Origin: Chrysomallon squamiferum
Lineage: Eukaryota; Animalia; Mollusca
Length of the DNA: 64,000 nt
NCBI GenBank assembly: GCA_012295275.1
Contig: CM022673.1
Location: forward strand, 10,540,001 to 10,604,000
Direction: 5' to 3'
Numbering within the stretch: position 1 is the stretch's first letter; every line of letters begins with the position of its first letter. A model generated the notes under the pieces. The model saw nothing but the letters and a program-made list of their open reading frames with translations. It was not told the origin of the DNA and did no database searches. Below are positions 27,786 through 40,179 of this stretch, piece after piece. The translations under genes and the position numbers were made by a program.

Positions 27786-30372
27786 CCAGGAAGGATTAAT
27801 TTGATGACCCACAACAAAAGCAGGAGTCCAGCTATTGCCATGTCATAAACAGGGAAGTACATACCATGATTTTGGATTATTAATATTAAAGTTGCAGCTG
27901 GAATGGGTAATAACAACAACAACAACAATAATAATAATGTTGATAATGATCATTACTATTATTATTACTATCATTATTATTATAATTAACTGTAATAATA
28001 ATAATAATTATGAGGATGATGATAATATTGATGATTATTATTATTACTATCACTATTATTATTATTAAGTACAGAAGTAATAATAATAATGAAAATAATA
28101 AGAATTATAAAAATGATTATAATCACAACAATAACAACAACAACAACAAAAAAATAATAAATTAATATGAGATTTAATACTTTATAGAAATACATAAATA
28201 AATAATAAACCTTCGAAACAAGAAACCAACAAAAACATTAAACCCAAACATCCTAAGTATTTTAAAAAATAAAAAAACAAACAAATAAAATCACTTGAGT
28301 GAAAAGAAAAGATCTTGAGATGTGTAAAACAAGTGTACTGGTGTTTTGTGTGGAAGTTTCGCAGACATTCAGCATTTCCTTGATACTTATCATACAAGTA
28401 CTGCAGAGTAGTCAAATAGTCTACACAAGTGTGAGAACCAAACCGAAGCTTTGGCCTTCTTAACTAACCATATAATCAGATTGTATGTAATACATTAAGA
28501 CTGGGTGTGGCAAACAAACAAAAAAAAAAACAACAAAAAAATAGAAACTCAGTCTTTATGGTATTTTTGTTCTTTGGTGAGATGAAGTTGTTAATAATTA
28601 TTCATGGAATCTTACTGAAAAAACTAAATTGTTGTAATTATATGCAAGTACAATGAAAGAAACTATTATGGACTCAGTCTTTAAAATGATTTTGGGTCAG
28701 ATTAAATAAGAATTAAATGTTATTAATCTTCTGAATGTTAATTATTTATTGCTGTATACATTCCAGAAATAATAATAATAATAATAGTTATAACTGACTC
28801 ATTCTTTAAAGAAACTGATTTCTGTATTGATTATAACAATGGTTATTTTGGCTGTTAACTGACTGTTTGGTTTAGATACTGAAATAACAACATGTTAAGA
28901 GAGAAAGCAAAAGAGAATTAGTGTTAGAAAGAGAGAAAAAGAAGGGAAACCGAAAGCAAAAGCAACAAACAAAAAATATTATGAATAAACAATATTTTAT
29001 TAGTTCCATTAAAAGAATCTCATTTCAAATGAGCACTGCCTTCTATCAGCAAGAGATACATGGTATTTTATAACCAGGAAAACATCAACCTTTCGTATAT
29101 CACTTTTATTTTCTCTCTGGCAAATCACTACTTTCATTTAATTTAATATATTTTTTTAATATTTATTTTTATTATTTTTTTAATTTGTATTATTATTATT
29201 ATTGTTATTATTATTATTATTATTTTTTGTTTTTGTAGCAGATAGATCAACAAAGGATTAGTATATTATATCAGTCATAAACATCTAGAGTGATCAGTTT
29301 TGTCTTTCATAATACAGAGAGTTATAACAGTATCCTCTGTGATTTCTGGCTGTCACCAATATCAAACATTGTTTACTTTTCTGTTGTTGAATAATGACAC
29401 CCATATCTATAGTGAGAATTTAATACCACTTAAAATAAGTACATCCATTAATTAGGTACACTTTCTAATGATACAGTAAGTTTTTCAATTATATACAGTT
29501 ATATCATTTTTTTTAAATTGTAGCTTATAAAATCGATGTGTGTATGAACTTGAATCTTGAAGACATAAAACAAACAAAAAAAATGTTTAGTTAATTCAAT
29601 TTTTTAGTAGATGGAAATGAAAATGAAATAATAAATAAATAAATAAATAAATAAAAAATAAAACTAATAAAAGTCATAGAAAAGAAAAAGAGGAAAGAAA
29701 AGAAAAAAGCCATTATTATTCTTCCATAATCAACTAGATTTAATATGATTCACTGAAAATGTGTTTTAGTTGTTAGTAAATTTGATAAATGAAAAACAAA
29801 GATTTGTACAAAACATTTTTATTGAATAAATCAGTTTCTTAGCAAATTGGAAAAAAACAAATATAACAAAACAACCCACATCATTATTACATTATTTTAT
29901 TGATTTCTTGTTTTTAACGAGAATTGAAAGATAAACATTAATTCTATAACTGAGTAGTTACAGTTCTATATATAAGTTTATAACAATGGAATGTTTTACT
30001 TTTTTGTAAATTTGAAAAATGAAAAACATAGATTTTCTAAAAAAAAAAAAAAAAGAAGTTAATGATTTTTTTATTTTTATTGTTTAAATCAGATTCTAAA
30101 CAGACTTATAACAACAAAAAATTTAATAGTCAAATACTGAAAATAGGAATCTAACATAGCTAATAATTGTTCATTTGATATTCAAGGTTTCAAGTAAAGA
30201 TTTATTATTTTTATTTGTACAGATGAGGCCACACTGGAATGGAAGAAAAATCCAGTTTACTCCTGGATTAATGTTCATAATGAATGAAGCATATCTAAAT
30301 TATTATAATCATTTTTTAATGATAATCATTATATTGAGAAAAATTATTAGTGTGATTTTTTAAAGAAATTAA

Positions 30373-30490
<118 letters not shown>

Positions 30491-30589
30491 AAATAAAAAT
30501 AAAATCTGATTGTTTAGTTACAGAAATCATTCGAGTTTCTAATTTAATTATTATGATTATTAATTTTCTCATTAATCCAGTGTTTTTTC

Positions 30590-30915
30590 GCAGACCTTAA
30601 ACGATTTCCATCCATGTGCCGATTACAGTTACAACAATTATTATTTACCTGAACAGCCGAAGCCTAATTAAACGTCCGAACAAGGAAATAATAAATGATT
30701 TAATCATTATTTAATAACATGTCACTAACACCATCTCACCTGCTACATATTTGTGTTCCCTTGAACAACACAGTCAACATGCAGAGGAAAATAAAATTAA
30801 TAATTATTTATTTTGCTTCTTTTGATTGTGACGGTCACCTGTCTACTCCGTCTGAACAGTCAAATTGCGCGCACTTTCCGAAGCGCCACCTATAAAATAT
30901 GGACTTACCGAACGT
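30590..30915. promoter_or_regulatory. CpG-containing regulatory block: possible distal liprin-beta promoter, with partial CTCF-like motif
   Basis: Start of the CpG-retaining domain. Minus-strand donors at 30648 (cag|gtaaat) and 30739 (cag|gtgaga). AGCGCCACCTA at 30882-30892. Confidence 0.35.
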
Positions 30916-30940
30916 TGATAAATCTTTTTCTTTTTCTTCT

Positions 30941-30976
<36 letters not shown>

Positions 30977-32136
30977 CGTCCATTACCTTTAGTTTCTTTT
31001 ATATATTTTTTCAATTTCTTATTTTCTTTTCTCTTACTTTTTCTTTTTTTGTTTAATTATTATTATTATTATTATTATTTTAAATTTACATCATTTATTT
31101 ATTTATTTATGAAATGTATGAAAAATGTTAATGTTTTTGTTTTGATTTTATTCTTGTCATTATTATTATGGCTGTAGTTGTTACCAGTACAGAAATCTTC
31201 ATATTTTCCCCATACCTTTTCTTTATGTTGAAAGTCATACAGTTCTATCTGACAGAAAATCAAGGACCGCTTGTTGTTATGGTAATCCTTACTGACAATG
31301 TATTTCGTATCAGTTCTCAAGATAATAATTATTACGTCACTTAAACACCATTAATTCCCAATAACGTCATTTCGTTGACTAAATAGTTCAAAAGGTCAAG
31401 GTTATTATGATCGATATTGTTTAGTTAATTCATTGTTTTAATTCATTACCCAGTTCTCCTAGAATGTCTGTGGTTTATGCTGCCCTGCCAGTTGAAACAA
31501 ACATATAAATGGCATGAAAAGTGAAACAAACTTTTATTTACATGCGATAGACAATAACATAGCAATAAAATGAAAATGAAAATATCATTTAAGAATAATA
31601 TTGATTATTATTATTAGTAGTAGTAGTAGTAGTAATAGTAGCAATAGTAGTAGTATTACTATTATTATTATAATCATGATGATGATGATGATGTTTTTAA
31701 AAACGACGACAAAAGAAAATATTTTTTAATCGTCTAACTCAAATACCTTGACCCAACTCTTACACATAAAAAAACCAACAAAAAAAAACCTTCGTCTCAA
31801 TAAAACTGCCTTCCCCTAATAAATATCGCACTATTTGTGGCAAAGATTCAAAATATATGATATAACTGCTGCATCTCTCTGACAGTAATAAGCTTCGTGA
31901 TACCTCTTCTCCGGACTTACTTGAAATTATTACCACTTGTCTTGGCTTAATCCCATGGCAACCGATTGATTTCCGACAATGACGAAGATTATCTACGAGA
32001 AGCCAATCATCGACAGCATTTATCTGCAAGAAGTGAGAATGGAGGAGGGAGAGGGACAGAGACAGAGAAAAAGATGCATAGATAGACTGATGAAGAAAGA
32101 TAGGAAGACAGAGGTGGTGGATATTGATTCAGAGAC

Positions 32137-32237
<101 letters not shown>

Positions 32238-32841
32238 ATTTAGGTATGAATAATATAACAGAGACAAAAGGAGATAAAGACAGAACATGCATACATATAC
32301 ATATACATATACATATATAAATATGCTGAGAGAGAGATGAGGCAAAAAAATAGCGAGACTGCAAACAAACAAAAAAGAAAGAAAGAGATACAGAGGAAGA
32401 ACTGGTAAGAGAGCGATAGAGAAAGAAAAAAATAGAGAGAAAAACAGAAGAAGGAAACCATTTGTGGTATGATCATAATCATCATCGTAAATAACAACAA
32501 CAACAATAACAATAACAACAACAACAACAACAACAATAGGAATAACAATAATGACAAGAACCACGCAACAGAACTATTAACAGCACTACTGCTTTAATTA
32601 TTGCTTACTCATTATAAAACATCCGCTAATTAAAATTAAAAAAAAACACAAAAAACAAAACACACACACACACACAGAAATTAGTAATAATGATAATTAC
32701 AAATTAACATACGTGTTTCTCTGATTTAAAAACAACGCCGCATCCAGTAAATTGCGTGATTTAATGCAACGCAGCCTTCATTAGTGTCTATCGATTTCAT
32801 CAATTCTTGAGACTGCTGCATGCGTCTTTGCCTATGCGTGT

Positions 32842-33014
32842 TATATATATAGAACCACTATTGGCGACACAACGTCATTGCCGTCCTGTGCGTCTAAGAA
32901 GAACGACGTCTGCACTGTCGTTTCGAACTTCTAACCAGTTATAACGTACACATGACGCTTGGGATGTTTTGATACCTGGAGGTTTCGCTTAGTTTTAAGG
33001 TACTGAATACACAG
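32842..33014 (+). promoter_or_regulatory. TATA + initiator core promoter and non-coding first exon of the retropepsin-like gene
   Basis: TATATAG at 32846-32852, Inr-like TCATTG with its A at 32877 (31 nt downstream), CpG-rich, donor cag|gtatgg at 33014. Contains a short uORF MTLGMF*. The next good acceptor is tttacag at 34880. Confidence 0.55.
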
Positions 33015-34009
33015 GTATGGAGAACATTTATGGCATATGCGTTTTGTGTGCAGTTAGTGTGTACCTGTCTGTTGAATGATTTATGGACAAAGGGTTTTGT
33101 GTTGAAGTATGTATGAGGGATTTAGAATGTAGATATAATATAATATAATATAATATAATATAATATAATATAATATAATATAATATAATATAATATAATA
33201 TGTTGTGAGATGATATGATATATAATATAATGTAATGTAATACAATACAAAACATTATAATATAATATAATATGCATTTTGTTAAGAAATATAAGTGATG
33301 ATGATTATGTTGATAGTAATATTACTAATAATGACATTATTTTCATTGTGGTCATATTATCTATTCTGCTTCAGATCTGTCTCTACATCCCTTACATCTG
33401 TCTTTTGTCAATTCTCTACATCTTGTTCTGCATATCTGTCTCTTCCTCTCTACAATATCCTGTTACTTCTACCAGTAGTATTTTCACTACTACTACTACA
33501 AACACCACCATTACTAGTACTACAAATAATAATAATAACAATAATAATAATAATAGTAACAGCAACAATAGTAAACAACAACAACAACAATAATCATCAT
33601 CAATCATCATCATCGTCGTTAAAATTGTAATATACTGAAACTCATTTCGTGATTTAGTTAAAGCATAAAATCTTAATTTGGTCCCTACCTGATTTTATAC
33701 ATCAGCGAACGGTTAACTGTAATTATAAAAATATCAGAGTTTTGCTTCAGATGTGATAGTTCACATGATGGATTCATCATTTGGGAACATTTCTTTTTTT
33801 CGATTGGAATTTTCTGCAACATTTAAGGAAAACGAAGGAAAAACACATTAAGCTAAAGTTGTTATAGAAGCAGATACTGTTTTCATGTTAAATTAATTAT
33901 AAATTTGATCTATATCTCTATTCTTTGCTTATACACATTTAAAAAAAAAAAAAAAATTTAAAAATATATATATATATCGTCATTTACTTATATATATATA
34001 TATATATAT

Positions 34010-34074
<65 letters not shown>

Positions 34075-34113
34075 TTGTTTATCTGAAACAAATTTGACAC
34101 TATTTGTTGACAT

Positions 34114-34127
34114 GTTGTCATGGTTAC
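34114..34127. promoter_or_regulatory. RFX X-box-like motif in intron 1 of the retropepsin-like gene
   Basis: GTTGTCATGGTTAC (reverse complement GTAACCATGACAAC). Confidence 0.4.
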
Positions 34128-34608
34128 AGATTAAAACACACCGAAGTAATTTCTTTTCGATGGATTTATTAATGACCGCGATCTCGTTATTTCTCGTTAA
34201 GTGCTGGGATATCGCGGTTTTATGTTACAGCAAATGTTGATGTGTTACCAGATATGCGTTCGTGACTGAAATAACAACAGTTGATTAGTTTTTTTGCAAA
34301 ACAGATTAGCAACATATATCATGTAAAGTTCTGTTGAGAGGTCTGTGTGCGTGAGTTTATGCCTGTCTGTTTGTCTGTACGTGATGAAATTAACGTATTT
34401 GTATGTGTAAGTGTGATAATCAACAAACAAAAATATACCATTGACTGTTTTTAAAAATGTTGCTGTTTTTCTGTTAATCAAATATGACAAACCAATACAA
34501 AATTATGAATCAATCAGTTTCAGTGACCCATGTAAATTACTAATACAAAATTGTTCCGATTTTTGTAAATAATAGTGATTTTGCTATCCCAGTCAGACAA
34601 TTTTTAGA

Positions 34609-34644
<36 letters not shown>

Positions 34645-34701
34645 TTTTTTTTTTACTAGTAAGAAAAACTTTAATGTACCTGTCCTTTGAAATTATGTAG
34701 C

Positions 34702-34759
<58 letters not shown>

Positions 34760-34905
34760 CTTAAATAAATAAATAAACAATAAAATAAAACAAAATAAAA
34801 TAAAAACTACGATTCAACCCCTTTAATAACAACTTGAGGCTCAGAACACTGTAAAGTCATTTTGTTTTATTGATTTACAGATCTTTAGACGACATTTAAA
34901 ATAGG

Positions 34906-36419
34906 ATGACTGATGACATAATCAAGCAAGCCGAACTTCGCTACAAGAGAAGACCGACAGCAAGGTCAGGTGACGTAACAATTCTAGCAGACGACAGTGA
35001 AACGGTGAACAAGTGTCAAGATGACTGCACAAGACAGAAAGCACGTGACATTATAAATCTGGTTGTGCACAACCCCCACCAGCAACAAAACACCACTGAA
35101 AAAAAAAAATAATAATAAAAAAAAATTATAAAAAATAAATTATATAATTATATTTTACTTAATAATTCCTGAAATTTATTGCAATATGAACTCCAGTCAA
35201 TTAGAATAGTTTGATATTGATTTTTAGAAAGAGAAATTATATATATATAAACTATTATAAAATGGAATATAATTTGTACAGATTACGTTCTTTTTTTTTT
35301 TATTATTATTATAAGAAAACTCCATGCTAACCTAAAAACTTGTCTATAATTTACATTCATTTATTTCAGAATATTTTATTTTCCGATGTTACAATGGTGT
35401 CAGTAGATACTCCAGGAATTGATGTTTTCAGTCAGTATGACTGGGATTTTAACGTTAACAGAGAGTCATCGCATCAAATACTTATCTTGCCTTTCGTAAA
35501 ATGTCAGGTGAGATTGTAGAAGATTTATTTATTGACTATTACTTTGGAAAATGCATTAGTTTTGTAATAAAATTTGCCGGCATTTGACATACAAGTCTTT
35601 GTATATACGCACGCACGTAGATATATATATATACTAACGTATGTATCAGTTTACATACATACAAACATACACATGTAGTATTCATATCGATATACGTACG
35701 TACATATAGTTATATACCAGAGTACATACACACATATATACATTCATACACACATACATAGATACATAGTATTTATATATATATAAACATTCATACCTAT
35801 ATATCTACCAATGTAGTACTTACTACTTATATACGTACACACACACACACACACACACACACAATTACAGAGAGGGTTAGAGTAGTCTTGTTACTTTAAG
35901 AAAATACTTATGCATCGATATTTCGTTATCTTTCGATTCTAACATTAATTTTCTACATTTAAAGGTAAAAGCTGTAGACAGAAAACAACAAAAGCAATAA
36001 CAGTTATCTCCCCTCCGATGGAAGCGTTCTTTTATATATATATATATATGTTTTTTGATTGCCATTTTTAGGTATCCGATGTTGAAGCTAAGGCTTTGGT
36101 TAGTACCTGTTCGAAAAAATCTTTTCTCAGCAAGCCTATGTTTAATATGCTGAGGTAAGAAAAATAATATATTAAGCACCTATTTTATATATTGCTTGTT
36201 ATGTATTATGTATAACATATAATTCATAAAATACTTGACGTTATCTATTAGATGCACAGCAGTCGGGGTATATTAGATATAACTTATTATATACTATATG
36301 TTACGTATAACTTACTTAATATTACATGTTAAATTTTGTGTCACACGAAACTCATTGTATTATATTGTGCATTCTTCTTATTATTAATATTTTCTTGTTG
36401 TTATTGTTATTATAATTAC

Positions 36420-36470
<51 letters not shown>

Positions 36471-36724
36471 CTTTTATTACTACTACTACTTCTATCCTTA
36501 TCTTTTTATTATTGTCGCTGTTATTATTATTATCTTTTGTTACTACTACTACCATTATTCTCTTATTATTATTATTGTTGCTGCTGCTGCTGTTGTTGTT
36601 GTTATTACTATTATTACTGCTATTTCAGATTACCTGAATCACGGTTACCCAATATAAACATGTCAGTAATTTTTCAAGAACAACGATACGACCACCGGTT
36701 TGAAGTGAGAGGTAAAAAAAAAAA

Positions 36725-36766
<42 letters not shown>

Positions 36767-36827
36767 AAAAAAAAAAAAATAAAAACACAAAAAAAAATAA
36801 ATAATAAAAACCAACCAATCAAAAAAA

Positions 36828-36858
<31 letters not shown>

Positions 36859-37282
36859 CAACAACACAAAAAACAACCTCCAAAACAAAAAGAAAATACA
36901 CAAAAATACCCACTAATAAACAACCTCCATAAAAAACAACTACAACAAAACAACAAAATCACCCTCAAAACCATAACAGCAGCAATACTGCTGATACGTT
37001 ATTAGATATGTTTTTATTTTTATTATTATTACTTTTGTTGTTACAACTACTATGGTTATTGTTATCATTATTATATTATTTTTATTGTTTTCATTATTGT
37101 TATTGCTGTGAATATTATTATTTGTTTTCTTTTAGATGATATTCCTGATCTTGTACTTGGTTTAGATTTTCTCATAGCATTCAAGGTAAGTGTAGACAAA
37201 TAAAATAAAACAGTAAATAAATGTATATTTAAGTAACTGAAAACAAATAACAAGTAAGATAAATAAAACCCAAAACCACAAA

Positions 37283-37315
<33 letters not shown>

Positions 37316-37395
37316 AAATATTATATACAAAAACAACAGCAATAAAACCAACTTAAAATTTTAATATTAATTATTCATTATAAACTTATTTGAAC

Positions 37396-37433
<38 letters not shown>

Positions 37434-37757
37434 AATAAATAATAATAATAATAATACAAAAAGAAAAAAATATATATGTTAAAAAAATCAACTGTGAAAA
37501 ATATACGTTAATACGTGATATAAATGAAAAAACCACAACAAAAAACCACAACAGCAAACAACAAAAACAAATAAAACGAAAAAGCAAACCAACACTGAAA
37601 AACCTAACTTTGTTTTATTTCTCCATTTTAGTGTGCTGTAAATTTCAAAGACTTCACGCTGTGTTTGGATTCTGGTTCAAATGAGGTTCCATTCATGGAA
37701 AAATCTGAAATACCTTTAAAATTCAGAGTCCACAGAAACTTAGCAGCCTCGTTTTGA
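34906..37757 (+). CDS. DDI1/NRIP2/NRIP3-like retroviral-type aspartic protease-fold protein, catalytic Asp absent (about 182-192 aa)
   Basis: Phase-consistent GT-AG exons: 34906-35004 (or -34974; this first coding exon is the least certain), 35370-35507, 36072-36154, 36629-36711, 37136-37185, 37632-37757 (TGA). AATAAA at 37820. The spliced protein reads ...ILILPFVKCQVSDVEAKALVSTCSKKSFLSKPMFNMLRL...HRFEVRDDIPDLVLGLDFLIAFKCAVNFKDFTLCLDSGSNEVPFMEKSEIP..., collinear with the DDI1/NRIP pattern (KAxVD[ST]G ... LLGLDxL..xCxIDL ... PF). Confidence 0.82.
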
Positions 37758-38002
37758 GATTGCCTGCCAAAAACATTCTTCAAGAGCATAACTTTTAAGA
37801 TCGTTCTGCTTTGTGATAAAATAAAAACTGCATATTTCACGAATACAGAAAGTTTGTTCTCTGTACGAATTTATTATGTACAACAACATCAACAACAACA
37901 ACAACAACTACTACTACTACTACTAATAATAATAATAAAAAGGAAGAAAGAAAGAAATATAAAACAGTTTGATAATGTATATTCCTATGACGTTGTAGAA
38001 CG

Positions 38003-38083
<81 letters not shown>

Positions 38084-38745
38084 ACCCATACTGAAATATC
38101 CCTCGAATTTTATCATTTATAATAGCATTAAAATACGATATACACGAAGTGTAAACTCTTACTAATAATTAACAATTTTATAATAAATATTATAGAAATT
38201 TCATAACTATAAACAAATATATACAGTCCGTGCGTACTGAAATATTCGATGTAACCAGCTAAACAAAGTAATGCATAGCCGAACTACATTGAGGAAAATG
38301 CGGCAAACGCCTCATACCGAAATTGAAGATTTATGTTTTTAGATTTTTAATATTGTTCTATATACAAAAATGTTATTTAAAAAAAAAAATATAAAATATA
38401 AAACTCTATATCGATAGAAACTATATCCAATGAATGAATTCATTTATGTCTTCGGTACCGTTTGAAGTCTACCAATATATTGCGACAAAAGACATAACTG
38501 GCTTCAGAGTCATCAGACATCAAACATAGGCTTATCGAACACCTGATGATTTAAAGCATACAGTATCCTTTTCACACGTTTCAATTTGTAGCCCGGTTCT
38601 TGCCCTGATGCAATAAATAAGTAGGTAATTAAATAAGTAAATAAATAAAATAACATTATTTTAAATAATTTCTGTCTCATATACTTTGAACAGTATTTTG
38701 ATAGGTATCATACGAAGGAATCATCAAGAAAATATTTCATAATTA

Positions 38746-38776
<31 letters not shown>

Positions 38777-39168
38777 TAATGAACCTAAAATGCAACAACA
38801 AGGAGTCACCTGGTGAGTGATGATACCGCCACCTCAGTGTGACTAATACGAGAACTTATACTTGAAAATGAACCATCGGGAGACTGTTCACCTTAGGTAC
38901 AGCACAAAATAATTTAATTAAATTTTTTTACTTTTTAAAAAAAAATTTTAAAAAGATATATACATATATTAATCTCGAATTGATGTGTCAACCTTTTTAG
39001 GAGATATTTAGAAGAACAAAAATATTCAGAAAAAGAACATTTTGTTCATGAAATAAAATAAAATATATAATGGATAGCTTTTACGCTATTTCTTTTATCT
39101 CGAATAATGAATGTTTATTACTACTAAAGCTAATTTTTTGTTAAAGGCGGAGATGTGGAGAAACGAAA

Positions 39169-39177
39169 TGACCTTGA
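39169..39177 (-). promoter_or_regulatory. NR5A/FTZ-F1/ERR extended half-site in the CYP20A1 promoter
   Basis: TGACCTTGA = TCAAGGTCA on the minus strand, about 160 bp upstream of the ATG. Confidence 0.35.
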
Positions 39178-39334
39178 TTTTTAGAATGAAAATAGAAAAA
39201 GTTTAGCTGGTTTCCTGGTTGTCATAAGTAGCGGATATGGAACAGTCAATCTAAAGTCATCTCGAAGCGTACAATCACTTTCGTTTACAGTGGAGGGAAA
39301 TGTTGACGAATAAGCTAAAACTTTGAGAGGCATC

Positions 39335-40143
39335 ATGTTGGAATTTGTTATATTTGCTGTGACATTTGTCATAACTCTTATTATAAGCATTATCTATTTA
39401 TATCCGGTAATGTTTTTTGTTGTTGTTTTTGTTATCGTAATGTTTATGTGCATTGGCTGTCTTTAAGGCTATGCATACGATTGCAACCATTTCATAAATC
39501 CGATAATCACCTGTTTTCGAAATAACATATTAATGGATTTAAAATAAAATACTTTTTTGTTTTAGACGTAACAAAGCGTATATTAAATGTTTCAAAAGAT
39601 GTTTCTAAAATTAGTATAATTAAGAAATTAAAGTAACAAAATTATTGTTGTTCAAGTTTGTGTGAGTTTTCAGATATAATATTATAACTATATATATACA
39701 GTTATACTGAGAAACCTTTAGCCAGAATATGAAAAAAGGTTTTAAAATAATTGTCTTTTATGTTTCAGAAAAAAGCAAAGACAACAACAGTTCCTGGTCT
39801 TGAAGCAACCAATGAAGAGTAAGTAAAATAATTATGAATAAATGTCATAATGATTATACCAAGTAACAGGTAAATGAAATGTTCCAATAAATGCTATATG
39901 CCAGTCTGACTGTTGTGTTGTTTCTTTATTTTTTTTAAATTTTTTTTTCATTATTTATTTATTTATTTATTTATATTTTGGTTTGGTTCAGTTTAAAAAT
40001 TACATATGCTTTTTGAATCAATATCATGTTCTGAATCTAATAAATACATAAATAACTAACTAAATAAATTATTATGAATATTTTATATGTTTGTATATGT
40101 GTATTTACATATATGAAGTCAACCACAATATATATTTATATTT

Positions 40144-40179
<36 letters not shown>

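Noticed and set aside
34906-35112. 68-aa single-exon ORF as a stand-alone micropeptide
   Set aside because: Better explained as the first coding exon of the retropepsin-like gene reading through into the intron and a poly-A tract.
34906-37757. Retrotransposon-derived protease fragment
   Set aside because: The domain is split by five spliceosomal introns and has no neighbouring RT or integrase sequence, so it is a cellular gene.
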